A DNA stretch of 64,000 nucleotides, from the NCBI GenBank assembly GCA_963830915.1, contig CAWHOE010000006.1, forward strand, positions 32,001-96,000, read 5' to 3'. Positions 31,956 through 43,083 of the stretch are shown here, piece by piece (position 1 is the stretch's first letter; each line of letters opens with the position of its first letter). The notes under the pieces were generated by a model. It searched no databases. It saw nothing but the letters and a program-made list of their open reading frames with translations, and was not told the DNA's origin. The position numbers and the translations under genes were made by a program. Origin of the DNA: a candidate division FCPU426 bacterium. GTDB taxonomy: Bacteria; Oederibacteriota; Muellerivitia; Muellerivitales; Muellerivitaceae.

Positions 31956-32999
31956 TTAGGAGGATTTTCGTATGATCAGCTTGGGCTCATAGACAACGTG
32001 TTCTAACTTCTTGCGTTTCCCCTCCAAGGCTTCGATCAAGAGATCGGCGGCCTTCACGCCGATCTCAAACGCGGGCTGATGGACCGTGGTCAGGGGCGGG
32101 TCGAAATAGTCCGCTTCCCGGATATCGTCATACCCTACCACCCGGATGTTCTCCGGCACCTTGATCCCCTGTTCCTTGAGGTACTGGATCGCGCCCACCG
32201 CGACGATATCCCCCGCGGCGGAAAAGATGCCGTCGACCCTGGGGCGAAGCGCCAATATTTTCTTGGCCAATCCATAGCCTTCCTCATGATGGCGGTAATA
32301 GGAGCTGAAAAAGAATTTTCCCCGCAAAGGCAAGCCCGCTTCCTTCAAGGCCTTCTGGCAGCCCGCCACCCGGTCGTTCATATAGGGCGCGCTCCAACCC
32401 GCGATGACGGCGACGTTCCTCGCACCCCGGTCGATGAGATGCTGGCCCGCCAGTTTTCCCCCGTTCACGTTATCGATGGTGATGCTATCCGCGTAGGGGC
32501 TGAAATATTCCGTCACGACCGCCGGGAATTGGGAATCCCTCAGGAATTTCATGGTCGCCTTGTCGAATCGTTGTCCTTGGAAGATCGCCCCGCCCACGAA
32601 ATGCCGGATGATGATGTCATCCAGCGTCTTTTTGTTATCGGTCAGCTTCCCCTTCCAGTAGTTCCATTTGTTCAAGTGAAGGGTGTAATCGGTCCCGATC
32701 AACCGTTCCTGGATGCCCAGGAAGGTATCAAAAGCGACCAGTGATTCCCGGTCGATCATGGAGAATAGGGCGATGGTGCTGATCTTTTTCCCGGACAGAC
32801 TGCTGGCCGAAACATTTGGTTTATAACCCAGTGCGTTCGACGCGGCCAGGATCTTTTGGGCTGTTTGTTGGGAATAACCCCGGTTGATGTTTCGCAGTAC
32901 CAGACTGACGGTGGAGATGGCCACGCCGGCCTTTTCCGCCACATCGAAAATGGTGACCGCTTGGCTTTTTTTTTGATTGTCAGGGACCGAGGGATTCAT
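31956..32999 (-). CDS. LacI-family transcriptional regulator
   Basis: VTIFDVAEKAGVAISTVSLVL HTH, LGYKPN, IDNVNGG, VVGYDD and PPLTTVHQP. Confidence 0.97.
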   Translation of the reverse strand: MNPSVPDNQKKSQAVTIFDVAEKAGVAISTVSLVLRNINRGYSQQTAQKILAASNALGYKPNVSASSLSGKKISTIALFSMIDRESLVAFDTFLGIQERLIGTDYTLHLNKWNYWKGKLTDNKKTLDDIIIRHFVGGAIFQGQRFDKATMKFLRDSQFPAVVTEYFSPYADSITIDNVNGGKLAGQHLIDRGARNVAVIAGWSAPYMNDRVAGCQKALKEAGLPLRGKFFFSSYYRHHEEGYGLAKKILALRPRVDGIFSAAGDIVAVGAIQYLKEQGIKVPENIRVVGYDDIREADYFDPPLTTVHQPAFEIGVKAADLLIEALEGKRKKLEHVVYEPKLIIRKSS

Positions 33000-33078
33000 G
33001 GGCGCCTTGATCTTCTTGATTCTGGGAACAATGGTGAAAAACGATCGGGGCCGGATCGACCGAGTCCACCCTTCCCGA

Positions 33079-36000
33079 TCATCTCAGAAGGATGAGCCTC
33101 TTCAATTTCTTATCGAAAGGCTCGACCAGGTAAAGGAGATAGACCCCGCTGGCGCAGGGTTGGCCGTACTTGTTCTTCCCGTCCCAGAAGTAGCTCTTCA
33201 TCACGACGTTCGTGATGGTTTGGGTCGGGTCCAGTTGGGTAATGGCCTCCCCCGCCGAATTGTAGACGCTCAATGAGTAAGGCCCGGGATAGCTGGAATA
33301 ACCAACGTAAATGGAAACACTCCCGTCGGTCGGGGGGTTGAAGACATTCTTGTTGACGTAGAACTCGTCGAAGGTAGGCAGGGTTGCCGTTGGCGTTGCG
33401 CTATTGGTAGGCGTGAAGGTTTGGGTGGGGGTAAATGTTGTCGTAGCCGTATCGGTCAAGGTGGGAGTCAGGGTCGCGGTCGGGGACATGGTGTTGGTAT
33501 TGGTATTGGTCGGAGTCGCGGTCTGCGTTGGGGAAAGGGTCTCGGTCGGGGTCAAGGTCATGGTGGGCGAAAGGGTCATGGTCGCGGTGTCCGTGATGGT
33601 CGGGGAGTTGGTGAAGGTATTGGTGATCAGGGGCGTGTTGGTGGCCGTATCGGTCGAGGTGGAGGTCGGGGTAACGGTGGCCGTATTGGTACCCGTGTCC
33701 GTCGGGGACGAGGTGGGCGTGACGGTCGCGGTGGATGTGGCCGTATTGGTGAAAGTGCTCGTAATGATGGAGGTGTTGGTCGCCGTATAGGTTGCCGTGG
33801 AGGTCGGGGTCAAGGTGGGAGTTTGGGTGGCCGTCATGGTCGGAGTGTTGGTGGCCGTGTTGGTATCCGTGAAGGTGGGGGTGCCACCCGAGATGGTCAC
33901 CACGGCGTCCGCTGAGAAAACCTGCCCGCCCAGGGGCACTTCCGTCGCCCAGTTGGTGACCGGGCCGGAGGGCGCGGAACCGCTGACCTGGGCAACCAGG
34001 GTGACCGAGACGGTCGTCCCGGCTGTAACCCCGGGCAAGTCCCAGGTAACCGGGTTGGTGGTCACAGCCGCCCCCGGGCTGGAAGAAACATAGGACAGAT
34101 TGGCCGGTAGAGCGTCGGTCAGGATGACCCCGACCTGGTTGGGGGTCCAGGAGAAGTCCTTATACTCGGGCTGATTGGCGCTGTGGTGCATGTCGAACCC
34201 GACCAATCCGGCATTGGGGAGTTGGTCGGTCGTGTCGGAAAGGGTGGCTTTGAGGACGCCGTCCTCGTAGACCATGAAGGTCGCCCCGCCGCGCGAGACC
34301 GTGAAAGAATGCCACTCGCTGCCATCGCTTTCGGTGGTCAGAAGGGTCACCGGAACGGAGGCAATGGTGGTGAAGCTGGAGCCGTTGTAATACTGCAGCG
34401 CGATGTAGTCACCCGGAAGATTGTAGGCCGCGTAGAACTCCACGCTATAGAACTTCCCCCCCTGGTAACCGAACTCGAACCCGTTGATATCGCCCTTGTT
34501 CACGTTGATGGTGGCGGCCATGGTACCGTTCACCCCGCTGGACCCGATGGCGTCCAGGTCGTCGGTGAAGTTGTAATTGGGCTTGATCATCCCGCCCGAT
34601 TCGGTCCAGATGCTGGCCTGGCCGTACTGGGATATCCATTTGCCCGCCAGGGACCCGGAGGAGAAATTATCCGTAACCGGCGCTCCCCCGCCGGTCGCCT
34701 CATAGGTCATGGTATAGGTGACATCGCTACCCGCCGATGCGCTGGTAGGATTGGCGGATTTCGCGAAGGGCGACGCCACCGTGACCGCGGCGTTATTGGA
34801 GAGGGTCACCTGGGCGTTGGAAGCGGAAGCCTGGGCGTTGTTGGGAATGACCGATCCAGGCACGGCGGTGACCGGTACCACCGCGCTATAGGTGATCTGG
34901 CCCTGCTGACCCCCCGCCAGAGTGCCGATATTCCAGGTCAGAAGATTTCCCGCCTGGGTCGCGGTCGGGTTGGAACTGAGATAGACCATCCCATCCTGAA
35001 GGGTGTCGGTCACGACGGTGTTCAAGGCGCTCACATTATCCCCGATACGGAAATTCCGGTACTCCGCCCCGCCCCCATCGTAGAAATAGCCGGCGTATCC
35101 GGGGGCCTCCGAATAGTTGGTCGGGTCCGAGCAAGTGAGCTTCAGAACCCCGTCGATATAGACCTGGAAAACGTAATTAGTCACCACCACGGTCTGGGTA
35201 TGCCAGGCATTCGGGGTGAACCCCGGTAAGGTCGCGTTCCCGCACACCTGAAGCCAGGTGGGGACTGTCTGGATATCCACGTGGTACATGCTGTCGGTGG
35301 TGTCATAGTAGACTTTTGACTTATAGCCTTTTCCCGTGCCAGGGTTATAGAGGAATAATAGGGACTCATTCCCCGAACCGCCCGAGCCCAACAGGAAATC
35401 CGTGGAATAGGTCGCGTTGGCGATGGGCCCGGTAGCGGTGTACCAGAGGTAATAATAGGGATTGCCCGGGTTCACCAGGTACCCGCTGGTATTGACCCAG
35501 GGGGGGTTGGCGTTATCCGTCTGCCAGTTGGGGAAGCTGGTGGCTCCCGTCCCATAATTGTTCTCCCAGCTCTCGAAGACATTGAGGGCTCCCGGAGTGT
35601 TGCTGGAATAATCGACCGTATAGACCACAGTGTCGCCCGGGGAGACCACATCCGGGCTGGCCGACTTCGTGATGTCCAGGACCGGGGCCACCACCGAAAC
35701 CGCCACCGTGTTGGAGTTGAGCGAACCGAACTCGTTGGCCGTCACCGTCGCCTGGTTGTTGATGACCTGACCATTGGTGAAGTTGTCGGTGACCGCCACG
35801 TCGAAATAGACCTGTTTCCCGCAGGATTGGAAGGACACGACCGCCCAGACCGCGTCCAGGTTCGAGGTGGAGGTCGCCGTCCCGTAATCATGCTCCATAT
35901 AAACGTGCAGGCGCTGGATCTTGTCGATGGTCCAGGTATCCAGGGCCGTGATATCCCAGGTGTCGGTGACCGGCCCCGCCTGTCCCTGCCCTCCGGTCAG

Positions 36001-36582
36001 GGTAACGGAAGCCAACTTGGTGGCGTCGATGCCGTCATCGTTGAACCCGGAAACCGTGCGGTCCCCGTTGGTTCCCGGCGCGAACCAGACGTAATAAAGC
36101 TTGAGGGAGGTCAGGGAGCTGATCGAATAGCCATTCAAGGGGGTGATATAGAACCAGTTGCTCTGGGAGGTGGTGAAGCTGTTCACGGTGGAGATAGCGT
36201 AGACCCCGTCGACGGACTGGGCCTGGGAATAGGTGCCCCATGCGCCCGCGGTGTCCTCCCAGACCTGGAGGGTGACCGTATTGCTGGAACAGGAAAGGTT
36301 TCCCAAATTCCAGGTCAGGGTGTTCCCCACCTGGGACCCGCCCGGGCTGGTGTCCACGATGGTCAAACCGGCCGGAACCACGTCACTGATGACCGTGTTG
36401 GTCGTCGAGCTTCCCGGGTTGTCATAGGTTAGGTAATAACGATAGGTATCCAGCACTTGTGGGGATACGTTATTGGCGGACTTCAACAGGGAGGGCGCCG
36501 CCCCCAGTAGGGTTGGTATCGCGAGGACACAAGCGCCGAACAATCCTCGAATGAATTTATGGGTTATTCTCGATTTCAACAT
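33079..36582 (-). CDS. Exported DUF11-repeat and lectin-like protein with Thr stalk and FlgD-Ig-like sorting domain
   Basis: Signal peptide after ATG 36582 (ORF track 36630); ITKSA..PGDTVVYT, TD.LP..L.YVS and LTWN.G DUF11 motifs; ends KNVFNP..WDGKN..GVY..KRLILLR*. Confidence 0.82.
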   Translation of the reverse strand: MLKSRITHKFIRGLFGACVLAIPTLLGAAPSLLKSANNVSPQVLDTYRYYLTYDNPGSSTTNTVISDVVPAGLTIVDTSPGGSQVGNTLTWNLGNLSCSSNTVTLQVWEDTAGAWGTYSQAQSVDGVYAISTVNSFTTSQSNWFYITPLNGYSISSLTSLKLYYVWFAPGTNGDRTVSGFNDDGIDATKLASVTLTGGQGQAGPVTDTWDITALDTWTIDKIQRLHVYMEHDYGTATSTSNLDAVWAVVSFQSCGKQVYFDVAVTDNFTNGQVINNQATVTANEFGSLNSNTVAVSVVAPVLDITKSASPDVVSPGDTVVYTVDYSSNTPGALNVFESWENNYGTGATSFPNWQTDNANPPWVNTSGYLVNPGNPYYYLWYTATGPIANATYSTDFLLGSGGSGNESLLFLYNPGTGKGYKSKVYYDTTDSMYHVDIQTVPTWLQVCGNATLPGFTPNAWHTQTVVVTNYVFQVYIDGVLKLTCSDPTNYSEAPGYAGYFYDGGGAEYRNFRIGDNVSALNTVVTDTLQDGMVYLSSNPTATQAGNLLTWNIGTLAGGQQGQITYSAVVPVTAVPGSVIPNNAQASASNAQVTLSNNAAVTVASPFAKSANPTSASAGSDVTYTMTYEATGGGAPVTDNFSSGSLAGKWISQYGQASIWTESGGMIKPNYNFTDDLDAIGSSGVNGTMAATINVNKGDINGFEFGYQGGKFYSVEFYAAYNLPGDYIALQYYNGSSFTTIASVPVTLLTTESDGSEWHSFTVSRGGATFMVYEDGVLKATLSDTTDQLPNAGLVGFDMHHSANQPEYKDFSWTPNQVGVILTDALPANLSYVSSSPGAAVTTNPVTWDLPGVTAGTTVSVTLVAQVSGSAPSGPVTNWATEVPLGGQVFSADAVVTISGGTPTFTDTNTATNTPTMTATQTPTLTPTSTATYTATNTSIITSTFTNTATSTATVTPTSSPTDTGTNTATVTPTSTSTDTATNTPLITNTFTNSPTITDTATMTLSPTMTLTPTETLSPTQTATPTNTNTNTMSPTATLTPTLTDTATTTFTPTQTFTPTNSATPTATLPTFDEFYVNKNVFNPPTDGSVSIYVGYSSYPGPYSLSVYNSAGEAITQLDPTQTITNVVMKSYFWDGKNKYGQPCASGVYLLYLVEPFDKKLKRLILLR

Positions 36583-36797
36583 TTTTTCTTTTCCAGGATT
36601 CGGCGGAAAACCGGGCTGCCGACCTACCAAGAATATATTCTGATGCTCTTGACGCTTAAGAACCTCATGAATAAAGGATATCCGTTATTTTTTTGCGGGA
36701 TTTATTCTAGTCCAAAATCGGGCTTATCCAGAACAAAACCGGCGCAAAACAAGATCGTTTATCATGGGAACGAAAAATGGAAGCGTTACCAGACCTA

Positions 36798-39327
36798 TCA
36801 TCTTAGCAAGATAAGTCGTTTCAACTTCTTGTCGAAAGGCTCGACCAGGTAAAGGAGATAGACCCCGCTGGCGCAAGGTTGGCCGTACCTGTTCTTCCCG
36901 TCCCAGAAATAACTCTTCATCACGACGTTCGTGATGGTTTGGGTCGGGTCCAGTTGAGTGATAGCCTCTCCCGCCGAGTTGTAAACGCACAGCGAGTAAG
37001 GCCCGGGATAGCTGGAATAGCCAACGTAAATGGAAACACTCCCATCGGTCGGGGGGTTGAAGACGTTCTTGTTGACGTAGAATTCATCGAATGTGGGAAG
37101 AGTCGCGGTCGGGGTTGGGCTATTGGTAGGCGTGAAAGTCTGGGTGGGCGTCAAGGTCGTGGTGGCCGTATCGGTGAGGGTCGGTGTGAGGGTCGCGGTC
37201 GCGGTCATGGTATTGGTGTTGGTGTTGGTATTGGTGGGGGTCGAAGTCGGGGATAATGTCTCGGTTGGGGTATAGGTCAGGGTCGGCGAAAGGGTCAGGG
37301 TCGCCGTATTGGTGTTCGTGGGGGTATTGGTCGGTGTATCGGTATCGGTGATGGTCGGGGAGTTGGTGAAGGTATTGGTGATCAAAGGGGTATTGGTGGC
37401 GCTATTGGTCATGGTGTTGGTGGGCGTCAAGGTGGCGCTGTTGGTGGCCGTATTGGTCGCGGTCAAAGTTGGCGTGACAGTCATGGTATTGGTCGCCGAG
37501 TTGGTGGCTGTATTAGTGGGGGTATTAGTCGGCGTAACGGTAAAGGTATCGGTGGCACAGCCCGAAATATTGGTCGTCACGGCGTTGGAAGTGACAGGAG
37601 CGGCCATGGATGTGGAATTAATGACCGCCATGTTGGTAATGGGGGCTCCGCAGGCGCCCACCAAACCCCACCAGGAAACCGCTGAGGATTCGCCGCAGGT
37701 CGAGCCGACCGTCCAGGAAACGACCCCACCCGACTCGGACCCTCCGGCGCTGCAACCCTGGTAGGTCACGTTAGAGGGTACGTTGTCCGTGATAACAGGG
37801 GCGTTCACCCCCTGGGTTGTGAAGATCATCAAGTTGTCGAATTTGACCGGCCCGCGGTTGGCTTGGAAACCTGCGAAACCGGCCGCCGTGGGCGCGCTGG
37901 CGCCGGTGTAATTGATATCCCAAGCCCCAGGTTCCAGGCTTCCCTTCGGCCAGACTTTCATCATGACCTGGCCGGCGCAAACCTGGGTCTTGACCGTGTA
38001 CCAGGTATCCTCCTGCACATCGCCCATGTTCGGAGGGGATTTGAAAGCCACATTGCCTCCGCCAATATCGAAACCCAATACGTCGCTGCTCGCGCTATTT
38101 CCACCCTTTTGGCCTGAGATACGGGCCTGGTAAACAGTGGTCACTCCCGCGCTGACCTGGATGTTGAAATTGAACACGGCGTCGAAGTTATTACAGTCCT
38201 GGGACGAGACCTGCATATCCATGATATAGACCCCGTAAAGGATCGGGGCCATGGAAGTGTCCTCTAAATAGGGATAGGTGGTGCAGGTCGAGCAGGACTG
38301 GTTCTCCTCAAGATAGCCGTTCGTGGCGTCCCATCCGCAACCCGTCGAGGTCCAGGCCGGGGGGATGACATCGTTATCAAAGTTCTCGAAGGTCTCCAAG
38401 GCCAAACCGCTGTTGTTGTAGTTCATCACATAGGTGATGGGTGTCCCCGTATCCACTGAGACAGGCGCGCTTTTGGTAATGGTCAACACGGGGACGGAAA
38501 CCCCGACTGGCGCGTCATTGGACGTGGTATTGACCTCGGTACTCGTGGCGTTAGCCGTATTGTGGAAAACCTGGCCCGCTGTGGCGGAACCACTGACGGT
38601 GGCGAGGAAAGAAACGTAGTTGTTCACGGGCGAGGTGATATTCCCGATGTTCCAAGTGAGGTTCTGACCCGCTTGGGTACCGCCGTTAAATACCGATACG
38701 ATGGTGAAGTTCGGGTCCACCGCGTCCGTGATCACCACATTGTGGACGTTGGACGCGCTGTAATTGATGGTAAAGAGCACCTCGCCCCCTGGACTGGCGG
38801 TGGAACCTTCCGCGACTTTGTTGAGCGTGATATAGGGAGCGGGCAAGGGAATGGTGAACGAGGTGTCGTTCTGCTGATCCACCGAGACCGAAGGATTCAT
38901 GAAGAACGTTGTAGTCCTTCATCCCCACGATGACGTAATAAGTGAAACCGGGAGTCAAGGTGGCGGGAACGGTAACGGTGGTACTGTAGGTGTTGGCGCC
39001 CGCTGGAACATTGCTTCCAACAGCGCACCCCCCGGATACTTGGCTAGTGGGGGCGCACCCATCTCCCAGAACGATCCATTGATTGGCGGTTCCCGCGGGC
39101 TGGAGGGTGGGGGATGTGCTGATCACGACAAGGGCGTGGGGATTGTTATATTGACTATCCACCGTATAGGTCCATGTGACCGTGATGACCTGACCCGGTA
39201 ATGGATTGGTGGGACTGATCGTTGGAGGGTTGACCGCGGTCACATTAGCCGCCCAAGCGGATATGTTGCCCATCAATAAGGCCACCATGCTAAAAACGAT
39301 AAAAGTAATAAAGAATTTCAGTTTCAT
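36798..39327 (-). CDS. Exported DUF11 and lectin-like protein with Thr stalk and sorting domain; apparent frameshift near 38905
   Basis: 38686-39327 carries the signal peptide; deleting one base gives ..[12 protein letters not shown].. into ORF 36798-38900. Tail nearly identical to the 33079 gene. Confidence 0.8.
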
Positions 39328-39407
39328 TGAAATATCGATCCCTCAAAGATCAAAGATGAACGGGAGCCGGTTTTCCCGTTAAATCCTGCCCGTTTAACGT
39401 TCATTGA

Positions 39408-39436
39408 ATTTTACACCATAAAAGAAGAAGGTGCAA
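39408..39436 (-). promoter_or_regulatory. Sigma70-like promoter TTGCAC-N17-TAAAAT
   Basis: GTGCAA at 39431-39436 and ATTTTA at 39408-39413 on the plus strand, about 80 nt before the start at 39327. Confidence 0.55.
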
Positions 39437-39472
39437 TTTAGTCCGCACCTCAACGCTTCCAATGTTTGTTAA

Positions 39473-42400
39473 TCACCGCAAAATCAATAGTTTGGCAATG
39501 CTTCGTCCCGATGAGGTGTGAACCACCACGTAATAAAGCCCGCTGGCCAAAGGCTTATTCGATTTATCCACCAACTCCAGTGGACAATCCGTTCCGGCCG
39601 GAACCTGTGAATAGAATTTATCCTGGACCTTTCGAAATGCCAGGGTGAATATCTGCACTTTCACGTCCGAGGTCCCGTAGTAGGAAGGGGGCCGTAATCG
39701 GACCGGGACCGTCCCATCCGCTGGATTGGGATAGACCACCGGCAGGCTATAAGGGGGCGGGGTCAAGGTAAGCGTTGGGGTAATGGTAAAGGTCGGACTA
39801 TAGGTGGCTGTCTGGCTCGAGGTGAATGTCAGGGTGGGGGTGTTTGTGGGAGTGAAGGTGAAAGTGGATGTGGGAGTCCAAGTTTTCGTCGCCGTAGAGG
39901 TCGATGTGTAGGTAAGGGTGGCCGTATTGGTGAGGGTGGAAGTATCGGTCAAGGTAGCCGTATTGGTCGGGGTGTAACTCATGGTCGGGGTCGAGGTCAA
40001 GGTAGCGGTGGGAGTGACCGTGGGGGTAAGACTGGGTGTGTCGGTGTAGGTCAAAGTGAATGTGTTCGTTGGGGTCCTGGTATCGGTTGAAGTCGCCGTG
40101 TTCGTGGGGGTATAGGATGATGTCCAGGTATAAGTGAGCGTTGGGGTATAACTGGGGGTATTGGTATTGGTCAAGGTCGCGGTATTCGTGGGCGTACTGG
40201 TATCGGTCAGGGTAGCCGTGTTGGTAGGGGTTGAGGAGGCTGTACAGGTGAAAGTGAGCGTTGGGGTGTTGGAATCGGTCGGAGTATCTGTCAGGGTGGC
40301 GGTGTTCGTCGGAGTGGCTGAATCAGTATAGGTGGCGGTATTCGTCGGGGTCGAGGAGAATGTCGGGCTCAAGGTGAACGTGGGTGTATAACTGATCGTG
40401 GCAGTATCGGTCGCCGTGTTCGTATCTGTGGAAGTGGCGCTATTGGTCGATGTCGCGGTCGGCGTGTTTGTGGCGGTATCGGTCGGAGTGTCGGTAATCG
40501 TGGGAGTCAAAGTCGCCGTAAGGGTCGAAGTGTTGGTGGCGGTGTCCGTAGGGGTATTGGAATTCACCGGGGTGTTGGTGGCCGTGCGAGTGGAAGTAGG
40601 TGTCTCCGTACCGGTATTGGTCGATGAATAAGTGGCCGTCATGGAGTTGGTCGGGGTATTGGTGCTTGAGTTGGTCGCGGTGAAAGTGGATGTTTTCGTT
40701 GCGGTATTCGTTGCTGAATTGGTCGGTGTATTCGTGGGAGTATTGCTCGCTGTATTGGTGGCCGTATTTGTTGAACCAACCGTGAAGCTATTGGTCGGTG
40801 TGTTCGTTTGAGTTTTTGTCGCTGTATTGGTCACGGTGTTGGTAGAGGTATTCGTTGAAACAATCGTGAAGCTATTGGTAGGGGTATTCGTCGGGGTTTT
40901 GGTTGGGGTACTAGTGGCCGTATTGGTCCCTGTCAAGGTCAAGGTGAATGTGGGCGATGGGGTTTTTGTGGGTGTATTAGTGGCCGTATTCGTTGCCGTG
41001 AAGGTCATGGTTGAGGTGGGCGTAGTGGTAAAGGTGGGAGTATTCCCACAGGAACCAGTCGTAAAGGTCAACGCTCCCCCTATTTTAACCTCATCAATAT
41101 AGAAATAATCAGTGCTGTTAGGACGGGGGAAGTGGTTATAAACACCGATGTCGATATGCTCCAGAGGAGTTACCGCGTTAGTGGGCAATGGCCAGGAAAC
41201 CTTATTCCACCCCATATTCAGGGCAATGGTTGTGGCCTGGGTCGTGGTGGTGTAGGCGCCGTCCTGAACCTCGAAACGCATATAACTTTCGCCCGACCCC
41301 ATTTCCATGGTGGGATCAATATTAAAGGGAAGGTAGATCATGGCCGTAATGGTGGCCGGGTTGGAGAATGTCGCGCCGGCGCTATCGATACCCACATAGG
41401 CCCAATCATTATTGAAATTGGCGTTCACCTGCAGGCAGCCGCCCCCGTTGAAAGCCGTGGAATTGGTCCAACTAACCCCGACTACATCCCCCGCGTTCCA
41501 GCTGTTCACTCCCCATCCCTGGGCGCTGGAATCGAAATTGTAGGTCGCGTTCCCCGTCGCGGCTGGCAAGAAGTAAGAAAATTTGGGCGAATAAAGACTG
41601 ACGGCATCGGCGTTATCCACGGCCTTGATCTGCAAATGAGCCGTGGGCGGCACACCGCAAGGCGTCCAACTGAAACTCATAGTGCTGGCTCCCGAAACCA
41701 CCCCTCCAGGAATGGCTGTATCCGCTCCCCCGTCAGCTGTGTAATAGAGGGTGTAGGTGTGGGAAGCTGAATCCCCTCGGCTGATGAAGGTGATGGGGAT
41801 GGTGGTCGTGACCGAAGCGCCGTAATCCGGGCTCAGGAATCCCAAGGTATGGGTGCCGTCTGAATTATTGAAGATATTGTTGGTCTCGGTTTGCCAGGTG
41901 GACCATGCGGTATAGGCTGTGCCGGACTGGCTTTTAAGTCCCTCTCCCGTGTAATTGTCGTCGAAATACCAGAAGGCCCCGAAAAGTCCGACCCCGTAGG
42001 TTTCCAGCCAAGCTCTTTCATGAAAAATATCGGTCAGGGCCGCGGCCTGGGTGGCTTGGGTAAAAATACCCCCATCGGCGTTATTGGAGGACCAGTAGCC
42101 GAACAAGAGCGGTTTGCTGAATCGGGCTTTCAAGTATCGGGCGAAGGATAGGGCAAATTCTGCTTCCTCAGGAGCCGGGCAGGCCCAGGGATCCAGGGTG
42201 TTCGTATCTCCCGAACCTGACCGGCGGATCTCGTGGAAGTTGATGAAATCAGCATTGGCGATACAGCCGTTGAGGGATGGTTCCAGTTGATAGGCGCTAA
42301 CGTCATATCCCCAGTCCCCCGGACTGGGCCCGCATTTGACCTTACAGCCCGTGACTGCGTGAAGAGCGGTCATCATGGTGTTGATATGGGTAGCCCAAGT

Positions 42401-42931
42401 GGTGTCTTTGTAGGAACTACAGGCATTATCTTGGTTATATTCCGGTTCTAAAACCACGTACACCAGGCTCGCGGGCCTGCTCAAGCTGTTCAGCAACGGA
42501 ACAAGGCAGGTCGAAACCATCGTCTCGGAGTCTTGCCGACTCCCCGACCCAGTCAATAAACAGGGTGAATCACCCACCCAGTACCAAAAAATGACCGGTA
42601 TTTTGCCCGCGTCGATGACCGCTTGAATATCCGCGGGATGGATCCAATCGTTGCTGGAACTGCCCCCATCATCGGCTGGGAAATGACCGGTCCAGCCACC
42701 TGAATAACTGAACCATTGGGCTACAAAATCCGAAGGGACGCCATCGGTCGTCATGATCTGGTTCAGGGGAGCGTAAGTAGTGCCGCCGCTGGGTGGATTG
42801 AGTGTGCTGAATTTGTCCCCAGCGCCGACCAAAAAAGTTCCGTTGGCTTGGACGACCCCAACGCTCCCTATTATAAGGATGACACTATATAGAAGGACTC
42901 GAGGTATCCGGAGTTTTGAACGCACTGGCAT
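39473..42931 (-). CDS. Exported putative TIM-barrel glycoside-hydrolase-like protein with CBM-like module, Thr stalk and sorting domain
   Basis: Signal peptide; [22 protein letters not shown] and KPLLF pattern resembles clan GH-A/GH26; ends YPNP..ASGLYY..AKLLILR*. Start uncertain (ORF track 42961 overlaps the operator). Confidence 0.7.
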   Translation of the reverse strand: MPVRSKLRIPRVLLYSVILIIGSVGVVQANGTFLVGAGDKFSTLNPPSGGTTYAPLNQIMTTDGVPSDFVAQWFSYSGGWTGHFPADDGGSSSNDWIHPADIQAVIDAGKIPVIFWYWVGDSPCLLTGSGSRQDSETMVSTCLVPLLNSLSRPASLVYVVLEPEYNQDNACSSYKDTTWATHINTMMTALHAVTGCKVKCGPSPGDWGYDVSAYQLEPSLNGCIANADFINFHEIRRSGSGDTNTLDPWACPAPEEAEFALSFARYLKARFSKPLLFGYWSSNNADGGIFTQATQAAALTDIFHERAWLETYGVGLFGAFWYFDDNYTGEGLKSQSGTAYTAWSTWQTETNNIFNNSDGTHTLGFLSPDYGASVTTTIPITFISRGDSASHTYTLYYTADGGADTAIPGGVVSGASTMSFSWTPCGVPPTAHLQIKAVDNADAVSLYSPKFSYFLPAATGNATYNFDSSAQGWGVNSWNAGDVVGVSWTNSTAFNGGGCLQVNANFNNDWAYVGIDSAGATFSNPATITAMIYLPFNIDPTMEMGSGESYMRFEVQDGAYTTTTQATTIALNMGWNKVSWPLPTNAVTPLEHIDIGVYNHFPRPNSTDYFYIDEVKIGGALTFTTGSCGNTPTFTTTPTSTMTFTATNTATNTPTKTPSPTFTLTLTGTNTATSTPTKTPTNTPTNSFTIVSTNTSTNTVTNTATKTQTNTPTNSFTVGSTNTATNTASNTPTNTPTNSATNTATKTSTFTATNSSTNTPTNSMTATYSSTNTGTETPTSTRTATNTPVNSNTPTDTATNTSTLTATLTPTITDTPTDTATNTPTATSTNSATSTDTNTATDTATISYTPTFTLSPTFSSTPTNTATYTDSATPTNTATLTDTPTDSNTPTLTFTCTASSTPTNTATLTDTSTPTNTATLTNTNTPSYTPTLTYTWTSSYTPTNTATSTDTRTPTNTFTLTYTDTPSLTPTVTPTATLTSTPTMSYTPTNTATLTDTSTLTNTATLTYTSTSTATKTWTPTSTFTFTPTNTPTLTFTSSQTATYSPTFTITPTLTLTPPPYSLPVVYPNPADGTVPVRLRPPSYYGTSDVKVQIFTLAFRKVQDKFYSQVPAGTDCPLELVDKSNKPLASGLYYVVVHTSSGRSIAKLLILR

Positions 42932-42960
42932 TTTCCCTTTATTTAAAGGCATTCCAATCA

Positions 42961-43014
42961 TTAAATCGTTTTAATGATTTAATGTTAAAATACCACTTTA
43001 TAAAGCTACGTCAA
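42961..43014 (-). promoter_or_regulatory. Promoter-operator cassette TTGACG-N16-TATTTT-N12-TTAAAACGATTTAA
   Basis: Operator at 42961-42974, -10 at 42987-42992, -35 at 43009-43014. Confidence 0.75.
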
Positions 43015-43083
43015 GGCCCAGATAGCTATATTTTCAATAAAAATATGAATCTCCAATGGTCGTTATCGGTCTTTTGATCACAT

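Noticed and set aside
25922..39327. Calling the split genes pseudogenes or programmed frameshifts
   Set aside because: Each has one small indel with intact motifs and no slippery tract; sequencing error is more parsimonious.
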